A stretch of DNA of 64,000 nt from Chitinophagales bacterium (lineage in GTDB: Bacteria; Bacteroidota; Bacteroidia; Chitinophagales; Chitinophagaceae): the NCBI GenBank assembly GCA_038244655.1, contig JBBRTG010000010.1:12303-76302 (forward strand), given 5' to 3'. Every line of letters starts with the position of its first letter. Position 1 is the first letter of the stretch. The translations under genes and the position numbers were made by a program. A model generated the notes under the pieces. The model searched no databases. It was not told where the DNA came from and saw only the letters and a program-made list of their open reading frames with translations. Positions 49,806 through 57,989 of this stretch are shown in pieces.

Positions 49806-50387
49806 ATGAAAATCATGAACACTTTATCTGACCAACAGTTGATCCACCTTTACCTTGATGGTGATGCTGAAGCCCTTTCAAGTCTTGTACACCGTTACAA
49901 AGACAAAATTTACACTTCTATTTATTTATTGGTAAAAGACAAATATCTCGCCGAAGATATTTTTCAGGACGCCTTCATTAAAGTAATTGATACAATTAAT
50001 GGTGGCCGTTATACTGATGAAGGAAAATTTTTACCATGGGTAATGCGTATTGCACATAATTTATGTGTTGATCATTTCAGAAAAATTAAACGCAGCCCTT
50101 CTATTAAAACAAGCGATGACCGCGACATTTTTGAAGTAATCAATTTTGCTGAGGCAGGCGCTGATGAGAAAATGATGCAAGCTCAAAGCCATGAAAGAGT
50201 AAGAAAATTACTTGACATGCTTCCGGAAGATCAAAGAGAAGTTATTGTTATGAGGCATTATGCAGATTTAAGTTTTAAGGAAATAGCCAAATTAACCGAT
50301 TGTAGCATCAACACTGCACTTGGGCGTATGCGCTATGGTCTTATTAATTTAAGAAAAATGATGACTGAAAAACAAATAGCTCTATAG
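49806..50387 (+). CDS. ECF-type RNA polymerase sigma-70 family factor
   Basis: 193 aa. Region 2 (AEDIFQDAFIKV...WVMRIAHNLCVDHFRK) and region 4 (LSFKEIAKLTDCSINTALGRMRYGL). Confidence 0.88.
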   Translation: MKIMNTLSDQQLIHLYLDGDAEALSSLVHRYKDKIYTSIYLLVKDKYLAEDIFQDAFIKVIDTINGGRYTDEGKFLPWVMRIAHNLCVDHFRKIKRSPSIKTSDDRDIFEVINFAEAGADEKMMQAQSHERVRKLLDMLPEDQREVIVMRHYADLSFKEIAKLTDCSINTALGRMRYGLINLRKMMTEKQIAL

Positions 50388-50414
50388 TAATTTTATACTT
50401 TATTAAGAAACAGC

Positions 50415-50447
50415 AATCCTCTTCAAAATTTTTGAAGAGGATTTTTT
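50415..50447 (+). terminator. rho-independent terminator after the sigma factor gene
   Basis: aatcctcttcaaaa-t-ttttgaagaggatt, followed by tttt. Confidence 0.8.
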
Positions 50448-50616
50448 ATTAGACTCGTCTTAATTTGTTTTGAATTTGCTTTTAAAAAGGTAGTAGTTAT
50501 ATTCGAATTTATTTATAGAATAATTCTTGTCAATATTATGATTCACTCTACATTTGCAGATATTTTAAAATAAAGATGTTTGTATAAAATTTCTTTTAAG
50601 AACTTAAATTTGTGCT

Positions 50617-52599
50617 GTGAGCAAAAATTTCAATAAAGTAACCGGAGCAGGGTTACTTATTGCATTAGGAATTATTTATGGAGACATTGGAACCTCACCA
50701 CTCTACGTTCTGAATGCCATTATCAGGGATAAAGTAATTTCACCGGAACTTATTTTGGGTGGCTTATCCTGTATCATCTGGACACTTACTTTGCAAACAA
50801 CAGTTAAGTATGTTACTCTTACTTTAAAAGCAGATAACAGAGGTGAAGGAGGTATTTTTTCTTTATATGCCCTGGTGAGAAGGCAAAGAAAATGGCTGGT
50901 ATTTCCTGCTATTATAGGTGGTGCTTCTTTGCTTGCTGATGGTATGATTACTCCTCCTATTTCTGTTACTGCAGCAATTGAAGGGTTAAAACAAATTCCT
51001 TTTTTTAGTGAGATTGGACATGCTACTATCGTTTATATTGTATTAGGTATATTGGCAGTTCTTTTTTTTGCACAACAATTTGGCACAGCTTCTATAGGTA
51101 AAATGTTTGGGCCAATTATGTTTACCTGGTTTTTAATGCTCGGGATATTGGGGTTTGTACACATCTTTGATGACTTATACATTTTCAAAGCCTTTAATCC
51201 TTACTATGGTATCAGGTTATTGATACATTATCCCGGCGGCTTCTGGTTATTAGGCGCAGTATTTTTATGTACCACGGGAGCCGAGGCTTTGTACAGTGAT
51301 CTCGGGCATTGCGGCCGCGGCAATATCCGCATTTCATGGATATATGTAAAGACGGCGTTAATCATTAATTATCTCGGCCAGGGTGCATGGCTTTTACACA
51401 GCCATACTGGTAAAATTTTTACAAAAGATTTTATTGATGATGGCTTTAATCCCTTTTATGGAATAATGCCTGAAAGCTTTAAAATAATAGGAATTGTAAT
51501 TGCAACGGTGGCCGCTATTATTGCCAGTCAGGCTTTGATAAGTGGTTCGTTTACGCTTATCAGTGAGAGCATGCGATTGAACCTTTGGCCCAAAATGAAA
51601 ATAAATTATCCTACTGAAGAAAGGGGACAGTTATTTATACCGGGCATTAATATGGTTTTGTTTTTGGGTTGCTGCGGCATCACAATATATTTCAGAACAT
51701 CATCTAATATGGAAGCCGCTTATGGGCTTGCTATTACGCTGTGCATGCTGGCCACTTCTATGCTTTTTGCAAATTTTCTTGTATCGCGGCGCACCCCTAA
51801 ATTTTTAATTTACCTGTATCTGGCTGTTTACCTTTGCATCGAACTAAGTTTTTTATTTGCTAATCTTAAAAAGTTTCCACATGGTGGTTTTGTAACATTG
51901 ATTGTAGGCGGCGCCCTTTTCAGCATTATGTATATTTGGTTCAGGGCAAGAAAAGTTAAGAACCGTTATATTGAATTTGTACGGATGGAGCAATACCTTC
52001 CAATGATCCAGGAACTTAGCAATGATTTAACCATTCCCAAATATGCAACACATTTGGTTTACTTAACCAGCGCTAACAATCCAAAAGAAATTGAACATAA
52101 AATCATTTATTCTATTTTAAACAGGAAGCCAAAGCGTGCAGATATTTATTGGTTTGTACATGTGGACACGCAGGATGATCCATATACCAGTGAGTTTAGT
52201 GTTGAAACTATTATTCCTAATGAAGTTATAAGGGTTGAATTACGTTTAGGATTTCGTATGGAACCAAGGATAAATCTCATGTTTAGAAAAGTGGTGGAAG
52301 AAATGGTAGCCAATAAAGAAGTAAATATTACCAGCCGGTACGAAAGCCTCCAAAGAAATAATGTTGTAGGAGATTTCCAGTTTATAGTATTGGAAAAATT
52401 TCTTTCGCAGGATAATGAATTACCTTTTTTTGAAAGGGTAATAATGAAATTATATTTCTGGTTAAAAGAATTGAGCCTTAGCGAAGAAAGAGGTTTCGGA
52501 TTGGAACAAAGCAATGTAACCGTTGAAAAATTTCCTCTTATAGTTGCCCCGGTAAGCAAGTTGAAACTTAAACGTATTTTTAATGAAGATGAGGTGTAG
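50617..52599 (+). CDS. kup: KUP/HAK/KT family potassium transporter
   Basis: 660 aa. GIIYGDIGTSPLYV signature, about 12 TM segments, and a cytoplasmic C-terminal domain. GTG start as in the ORF track. Confidence 0.95.
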   Translation: MSKNFNKVTGAGLLIALGIIYGDIGTSPLYVLNAIIRDKVISPELILGGLSCIIWTLTLQTTVKYVTLTLKADNRGEGGIFSLYALVRRQRKWLVFPAIIGGASLLADGMITPPISVTAAIEGLKQIPFFSEIGHATIVYIVLGILAVLFFAQQFGTASIGKMFGPIMFTWFLMLGILGFVHIFDDLYIFKAFNPYYGIRLLIHYPGGFWLLGAVFLCTTGAEALYSDLGHCGRGNIRISWIYVKTALIINYLGQGAWLLHSHTGKIFTKDFIDDGFNPFYGIMPESFKIIGIVIATVAAIIASQALISGSFTLISESMRLNLWPKMKINYPTEERGQLFIPGINMVLFLGCCGITIYFRTSSNMEAAYGLAITLCMLATSMLFANFLVSRRTPKFLIYLYLAVYLCIELSFLFANLKKFPHGGFVTLIVGGALFSIMYIWFRARKVKNRYIEFVRMEQYLPMIQELSNDLTIPKYATHLVYLTSANNPKEIEHKIIYSILNRKPKRADIYWFVHVDTQDDPYTSEFSVETIIPNEVIRVELRLGFRMEPRINLMFRKVVEEMVANKEVNITSRYESLQRNNVVGDFQFIVLEKFLSQDNELPFFERVIMKLYFWLKELSLSEERGFGLEQSNVTVEKFPLIVAPVSKLKLKRIFNEDEV

Positions 52600-52605
52600 G
52601 AAGAT

Positions 52606-52679
52606 GAATTTGAATTTAGGATTTAGGATTTGAGATTTAAGGAAGTCTATGATTGCCCATTGCCTATTGCCTATTGCCC
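52606..52679. repeat. two adjacent degenerate heptamer arrays
   Basis: gaattt gaattta ggattta ggatttg agattta at 52606-52639. attgccc attgcct attgcct attgccc at 52652-52679. Both lie directly after the kup stop codon. Confidence 0.7.
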
Positions 52680-52701
52680 CTTCCACTGCCAACTGAAATT
52701 A

Positions 52702-53490
52702 ATGTCTCCAACGCTGATTTATATTATTGCGGGTTATGCTTTCATCATTATTCTTGTTTATGTTATACAAGAGAAATTTATTTTTAAGCCGGAAAAATTA
52801 AAGCAGGATTTTCTTTATAAATATGATGTTCCTTTTAAAGAATTATTTATAGATATAGAACCGGGTGTAAGAATTAACGGGCTTCATTTTTATGTAAAAG
52901 AACCCAACGGCCTTATTCTTTATTTACATGGAAATACAAAAAGTATTAAGGGCTGGGCAAAATATGCCAAAGATTTTTACAGGTATCAATATGATGTGGT
53001 ACTCGTTGACTATCGTGGCTTTGGAAAAAGTACAGGAATGCGGGGAGAAAAAGCTATGTTTAATGATATGCAGGTTGTGTACGATTCACTTTCAGTGCAG
53101 TATAACGAAAACCATATAATTGTTTATGGCAGAAGCCTTGGCAGCGGGTTTGCGTCTAAGCTTGCCAGCGATAACTCTCCAAGATATTTAATATTAGATG
53201 CCCCATATTATAGTTTTAGGAAAGCAGTACAAAGATTTATTCCTATACTTCCCATGAAATATGTTTTGCGATACCAACTGCAAACAGATAAATGGATTAG
53301 AAAAGTGAATTGCCATACTTACATTCTTCATGGTACCAAAGATTGGCTTATACCCATAAAACAAAGTGAGCAGCTTCAACAATTAAATCCACATAAAATA
53401 ACGCTGATTCGCATTGATGGTGGCGGCCATAATAATCTTCCATCTTTTCCCGAATACCATAATTTCATCAGGGATATTTTAAAAAATTAA
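52702..53490 (+). CDS. alpha/beta hydrolase
   Basis: I place the start at the ATG at 52702 (MSPTLIYIIAGYAF, a TM anchor); the upstream extension lies in the heptamer arrays. HGN..., nucleophile elbow GRSLGSG, C-terminal GGGHNN. Confidence 0.8.
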   Translation: MSPTLIYIIAGYAFIIILVYVIQEKFIFKPEKLKQDFLYKYDVPFKELFIDIEPGVRINGLHFYVKEPNGLILYLHGNTKSIKGWAKYAKDFYRYQYDVVLVDYRGFGKSTGMRGEKAMFNDMQVVYDSLSVQYNENHIIVYGRSLGSGFASKLASDNSPRYLILDAPYYSFRKAVQRFIPILPMKYVLRYQLQTDKWIRKVNCHTYILHGTKDWLIPIKQSEQLQQLNPHKITLIRIDGGGHNNLPSFPEYHNFIRDILKN

Positions 53491-53498
53491 AAAGATTA

Positions 53499-54341
53499 AT
53501 GACAGATAAAGTAAAAATATCAGGTACAAAAAAAAAGAAAACAAAAATCATTCGTGGTATAAAAATTATTGCACTGGTATATTGTTCTGTTGGTATTGCA
53601 TTGTATTATTTGCAGGAAAAATTAATGTTTCATCCTGTAAAGCTACGACAGGATTATACATACAAATTTAATGTCCCATTTAAAGAAATCAATATTGCTG
53701 TTAATGCAAATGACAACCTTAATCTCGTTCAGTTTTTTCCCAAAGATTCAATTGCAAAAGGGGTTGTACTTTATTTTCATGGCAACCGTGAAAATATAAA
53801 TCGCTATGCTCAGTATGCTGATAATTTTACAAGAAACGGCTACGAAGTCTGGATGGTTGATTATCCTGGTTATGGAAAAACAACCGGCGAATTAACCGAG
53901 AAAAATTTATACCTGCAGGCAAGAGAGGTGTATAAGCTTGCTAATTCAAAATTTGGGAACGACAGTATTATCGTCTATGGTAAATCGTTAGGTTCTGGTA
54001 TCGCCGCATACATTGCCTCAAAAAAACAATGCAGGCGGCTTATTCTCGAAACACCTTATTACAGCATTCCGGATCTGCTTAGTACTTATGCGCCCATATA
54101 TCCTACTAATGCAATGTCGCACTTTAAACTTACTACCGGAGAGTATCTCAAGGAAGTAAAGGTCCCCGTAACAATTTTTCATGGCAGTTCCGACTGGATA
54201 ATTGCTTACAGTTGCGCAGAGAAATTAAAAAGAGTTTTAAAACCAGGCGACGAATTTAATACTATTGATAAAGGTTCTCACAATAACCTTAACGACTTTC
54301 CTTTATTTCATTCAAAGCTTGATTCTATTTTATCGTTGTAA
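53499..54341 (+). CDS. alpha/beta hydrolase (paralog of the preceding gene)
   Basis: 280 aa. Same architecture as the preceding gene: TM anchor, FHGN, GKSLGSG, GSHNN. Confidence 0.8.
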   Translation: MTDKVKISGTKKKKTKIIRGIKIIALVYCSVGIALYYLQEKLMFHPVKLRQDYTYKFNVPFKEINIAVNANDNLNLVQFFPKDSIAKGVVLYFHGNRENINRYAQYADNFTRNGYEVWMVDYPGYGKTTGELTEKNLYLQAREVYKLANSKFGNDSIIVYGKSLGSGIAAYIASKKQCRRLILETPYYSIPDLLSTYAPIYPTNAMSHFKLTTGEYLKEVKVPVTIFHGSSDWIIAYSCAEKLKRVLKPGDEFNTIDKGSHNNLNDFPLFHSKLDSILSL

Positions 54342-54343
54342 AA

Positions 54344-55057
54344 TTATTTCGCCTTAAAAGCAACAAAATAATAATTGTTGGCAGCGCCTATCAATTCCAA
54401 ATCAAAATAATAGGAATTTATGAAATGTTGGTATGCCATGAATTCGTGAGTGGGCACAACAAATTCATCAAAGAAAATAATATCATCTTTTTTAAGAAAT
54501 GGCGCAAGGCTTGTAAGTGTAAATAAAGTTGCAGAATATAAATCTGCATCAAGCATCACAATAGTTTTGTTGGTGTTTATAAAATTTTTTAAAAAGCCGG
54601 GCAATGTTTGTTGAAATAACCCCTGGAAAAATTTTCCTCTTTCATCTTTCACTACCGGCATATTATTGCTGTTGGCAAATGTTCCTTTTTTATATGGACC
54701 AAAATCTTCAGGTAAACCAGTGAATGTATCGAAGCCATAAAAGCGGGAAGCAGCATGGCTATTCTGCGTCATCCACCAATTGAACGAGTGCCCGTCGGCC
54801 ACGCCAAATTCAAGATAATTTATTGATGTATTCAATCCTTCTTTTTCAATAATGTATTTGTATAAATCAAAACGTTTATTATAATCCCACTTTGAAGGGA
54901 AATCATTGAAGGCAATTTTTTTATTATCGTTCGCCCATTTTGAGAGTTTTGTCATCCACGTCATCTGTTGCCATATTCCTATACACCACAAATACACAAC
55001 ATGAAGCCGCAGCCTGATAAAAGTTGTTTTAAGAAAACGAATGATGGTAAACTTCAT
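54344..55057 (-). CDS. TylF/MycF-family class I SAM-dependent methyltransferase
   Basis: 237 aa. EFGVADGHSFNWW...FDTFTGLPE...VMLDADLYSATL pattern. Confidence 0.7.
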   Translation of the reverse strand: MKFTIIRFLKTTFIRLRLHVVYLWCIGIWQQMTWMTKLSKWANDNKKIAFNDFPSKWDYNKRFDLYKYIIEKEGLNTSINYLEFGVADGHSFNWWMTQNSHAASRFYGFDTFTGLPEDFGPYKKGTFANSNNMPVVKDERGKFFQGLFQQTLPGFLKNFINTNKTIVMLDADLYSATLFTLTSLAPFLKKDDIIFFDEFVVPTHEFMAYQHFINSYYFDLELIGAANNYYFVAFKAK

Positions 55058-55074
55058 GAAGCAAATATAGTTGT

Positions 55075-55980
55075 CTATAATTCTTTTAATTCAACCAGAG
55101 TTGTTGAAACATTCAGTTTATATTTCACCCCAATTTTTAATGCATAATTCTCTTTATCATGGCTTACAGGAAAATTAAAACAAACAGGATAATCATATTC
55201 TTTAATAATTTCTTTTATCGCTTCTCCTGTTGTTTGCCCAAATGGAATAGTGGTATCTTTCATATCAGAAAATTTTCCTACAATTAATCCCTTTAAATTT
55301 TTCAATTTACCACTTCGTTTTAATTGGTACATCATCCTGTCTACGCCATAAATATATTCACCTACTTCTTCAATAAATAAAATTTTATTCTTTGTTTTTA
55401 TATCTGATGATGTTGCAATGATGTGCGTTAGCAATGATAAATTTCCACCAACTAAAATTCCGGATGTTTTTCCATTTTGATTCAAAATATTTCCTTCACA
55501 ACTATAATTGCATTTTCTTCCAATTATTGCATCATGCAGACTTTGCACATATTGATTAGTAAATTCACCATCATTAAAAGCTGCCGCCATTGGCGCATGT
55601 AAAGAAGCAATTTTGTAATTGGAAAATAAATGACTGTGCAATACAGTTATATCACTAAAACCAATAACCCATTTTGGATGCTTACAAAATTTTTTAAAAT
55701 TTAATTTTTCAATTATTCTTCCTGTTCCATAACCGCCTCTTGCGCAAAAAATTGCTTTAATACTTTCATCATCTATCATGTGCTGAAGATCGTGAAGACG
55801 TTCAACGTCCGTTCCTGAAAAATAATTATGTTGGTGCCCAAGTGTTTTCCCTGGCACCACACGAAATCCCCAATTGGTAAGCGTTTCAATACAAGTATTT
55901 ATTTTTTCAAGAGGCATATATCCTGCGGGGCAAAGCATGCCGATTGCATCTCCTGGTTGTAAATAAGGTGGTATTATCAA
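55075..55980 (-). CDS. LD-carboxypeptidase (peptidase S66), cytoplasmic type
   Basis: 301 aa. GDAIGMLCPAG, GFSDITVLH (nucleophile Ser), a FIEEVGE acidic motif, and PVSHDKEN (His). The start codon is TTG (caa on the plus strand at 55978-55980). Confidence 0.85.
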   Translation of the reverse strand: MIIPPYLQPGDAIGMLCPAGYMPLEKINTCIETLTNWGFRVVPGKTLGHQHNYFSGTDVERLHDLQHMIDDESIKAIFCARGGYGTGRIIEKLNFKKFCKHPKWVIGFSDITVLHSHLFSNYKIASLHAPMAAAFNDGEFTNQYVQSLHDAIIGRKCNYSCEGNILNQNGKTSGILVGGNLSLLTHIIATSSDIKTKNKILFIEEVGEYIYGVDRMMYQLKRSGKLKNLKGLIVGKFSDMKDTTIPFGQTTGEAIKEIIKEYDYPVCFNFPVSHDKENYALKIGVKYKLNVSTTLVELKEL

Positions 55981-56088
55981 ATTTTAGATTTAGATTTTAG
56001 ATTTTAGATTTACAAAACAACTCAGCAATTCAACAATATACAATTCTTCACAGGAGTCCTCGTCAATAATTTAATAATTTAATAATGT
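55981..56088. repeat. heptamer and octamer tandem arrays filling the spacer between the two LD-carboxypeptidase genes
   Basis: attttag atttag attttag attttag atttac at 55981-56013. caaaacaa ctcagcaa ttcaacaa tatacaat at 56013-56044. aataattt aataattt aataatgt at 56065-56088, overlapping the upstream gene's stop. Confidence 0.7.
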
Positions 56089-57093
56089 AGTCCCTTCTTC
56101 ACTCACAATCAGCTTATGCCTCACGCCGCATTTTAATGCATAATTTTCTTTTTGATGCCCCACGGGGAAATCAAAACATACTGGGTAATCGTATTCTTTT
56201 ACTTTTTCAATTATCATTTCATAAACTGTTTTACCAAATTCCTCCCCGGGATCATCAGGCTTAATTTTATTAAAGCCACCCACAATAAGCCCTTTCAATT
56301 TATCAAATTTTCCACTGCGTTTCAAATTCCATAACATCCTGTCAATGTTATAAAGATATTCTTCAACTTCTTCAATAAATAAAATTTTCCCTGCAGTATG
56401 CACATCAGAAATACTTCCGGCAAGGTTTTCTATAATTGATAAATTGCCCCCGATTAATTGCCCTGATGCTTCGCCACAGCGGTTTTTAGCATTTGAAGGA
56501 CAATTATATTTCATCACATCACCTATTAGGCATTGGCGTATTGAATCAATGGAATCAATTTGTGTTTGTTCAGCTTTTAAAAAATCATCAGGAAAACTAT
56601 TGCACATTTTAGAATGAATAGTGGCAATACCATAATTATGATTGATGTGTAAATGAAAAACGGTTGCATCGCTGAAACCAATGATCCACTTTGGCTTTTT
56701 TTCAAATGTTGTAAAATCAATTTTATCAATAATCCTCACTGCACCGTAACCGCCGCGACCTAACATAATCGCTTTAATAGAGGGGTCATCCAACATTTTT
56801 TGAAAGTCATTAATTCTTTCTTCATCTGTGCCTGCAAAAGTAAAATCTTTAGCTCCAACGGTGTCGCCTACACGAATTCCAAAACCCCATTCTTTCATTT
56901 TATTAATCGCAGGCTGAACATCTTCCAAAGTGATATAACCGGATGGACATGTTATTCCAACAATATCTCCTTTCTTTAAATAGGGCGCTATTTTATCAGA
57001 GAGTTCAGGATCCTCAATTTTTTTATCTGAACCAAAAGCAGTTACCACAATACCTATTGGAACTACTGCAGACAGAAAATCTTTTCGCTTCAT
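56071..57093 (-). CDS. LD-carboxypeptidase (peptidase S66) with N-terminal export signal
   Basis: 340 aa. MKRKDFLSAVVPIGIVVTAFG signal-like N-terminus, then the same S66 motifs (GFSDATVFH, FIEEVEE, PVGHQKEN). Confidence 0.85.
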   Translation of the reverse strand: MKRKDFLSAVVPIGIVVTAFGSDKKIEDPELSDKIAPYLKKGDIVGITCPSGYITLEDVQPAINKMKEWGFGIRVGDTVGAKDFTFAGTDEERINDFQKMLDDPSIKAIMLGRGGYGAVRIIDKIDFTTFEKKPKWIIGFSDATVFHLHINHNYGIATIHSKMCNSFPDDFLKAEQTQIDSIDSIRQCLIGDVMKYNCPSNAKNRCGEASGQLIGGNLSIIENLAGSISDVHTAGKILFIEEVEEYLYNIDRMLWNLKRSGKFDKLKGLIVGGFNKIKPDDPGEEFGKTVYEMIIEKVKEYDYPVCFDFPVGHQKENYALKCGVRHKLIVSEEGTTLLNY

Positions 57094-57110
57094 TAATTAT
57101 TTCTTCATGT

Positions 57111-57881
57111 TTAAAGATCAAAGCCCATTCCTGCTTTAAGCGCTTTTTGATATTTACGCAAGTCAAATTTATAATAATAAGGAGCTTTGTGTGCAACTCC
57201 TTTTTTTGTCTCATCTAATTTTTTTAAAATTCCTGTGCCCGCAATTTTTCGTTGAAAATTCCGCCTGTCTAATTTCCTGTTCAGAATAGTTTCATAAAGC
57301 TTTTGCAATTCAGGCATCGTAAACTTCAAAGAAAGTAAATTGTAACCTACCGGGTGAAAATTGAGCTGAGTCTGTAAATTCTCTAAAGCCTTTTTGAGAA
57401 TTTCGCGATGGTCAAGAATCATCTGCGGTATCTTATGAATATTGAACCATTCGCATGCCTCAGAAAATATATCGGCTACAGGCCTCACTTTTGTAAAATC
57501 TACTAAAGCGCTATACCCTACCGATATAAATCTTTCAAACATCCAGCTTCTATCAGCTTTTATTCCGATGTTTCTTAAAAAACCCTGGTTAATCTTTTTG
57601 GTAGATCTTTCAGGAGCGCTAAATACATGGAACTGCTGAAGATATATTTCATCGAGACCTGTCCTTTGTTTCAGGATGCGCTGTGCGGCATTGTCCATGT
57701 GTTCTTCTTTTAAAATAAAGCCGCCAGGCAATGCCCATTTGCCTGCATATTTTGCTTTGAGCAGCAATACTTTTAACTCATTTTCATAAAATCCGAATAT
57801 GATGCAGTCAACCGATATATGGCGAAGGTATTTCTGATGCCCTTTAAAATAATGTTCTCTTAATTCTTTATCAAATCCCAT
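57111..57881 (-). CDS. NUDIX hydrolase with C-terminal winged-helix domain (NrtR-like architecture)
   Basis: 256 aa. A Nudix fold region (WALPGGFILKEEHMDNAAQRILKQRTG), then about 90 aa that look wHTH-like (FTMPELQKLYETILNRKLDRRNFQRKI). Confidence 0.7.
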   Translation of the reverse strand: MGFDKELREHYFKGHQKYLRHISVDCIIFGFYENELKVLLLKAKYAGKWALPGGFILKEEHMDNAAQRILKQRTGLDEIYLQQFHVFSAPERSTKKINQGFLRNIGIKADRSWMFERFISVGYSALVDFTKVRPVADIFSEACEWFNIHKIPQMILDHREILKKALENLQTQLNFHPVGYNLLSLKFTMPELQKLYETILNRKLDRRNFQRKIAGTGILKKLDETKKGVAHKAPYYYKFDLRKYQKALKAGMGFDL

Positions 57882-57989
57882 ATATAAAAGTAATGTGTAT
57901 AATTAGATTTAAAATGTAATTATACCAAATCAAAAAAATTATTTATCATTGTGTCATAATAACACAAAGAAAAATAAAAATTTTTATCA

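Noticed and set aside
55981-56013. Possibility that the short tandem arrays (here and at 14855, 36675, 52606 and 62578) are CRISPR arrays.
   Set aside because: The units are 6-8 nt with no spacers, far below CRISPR repeat and spacer sizes. No cas genes are present in the window.
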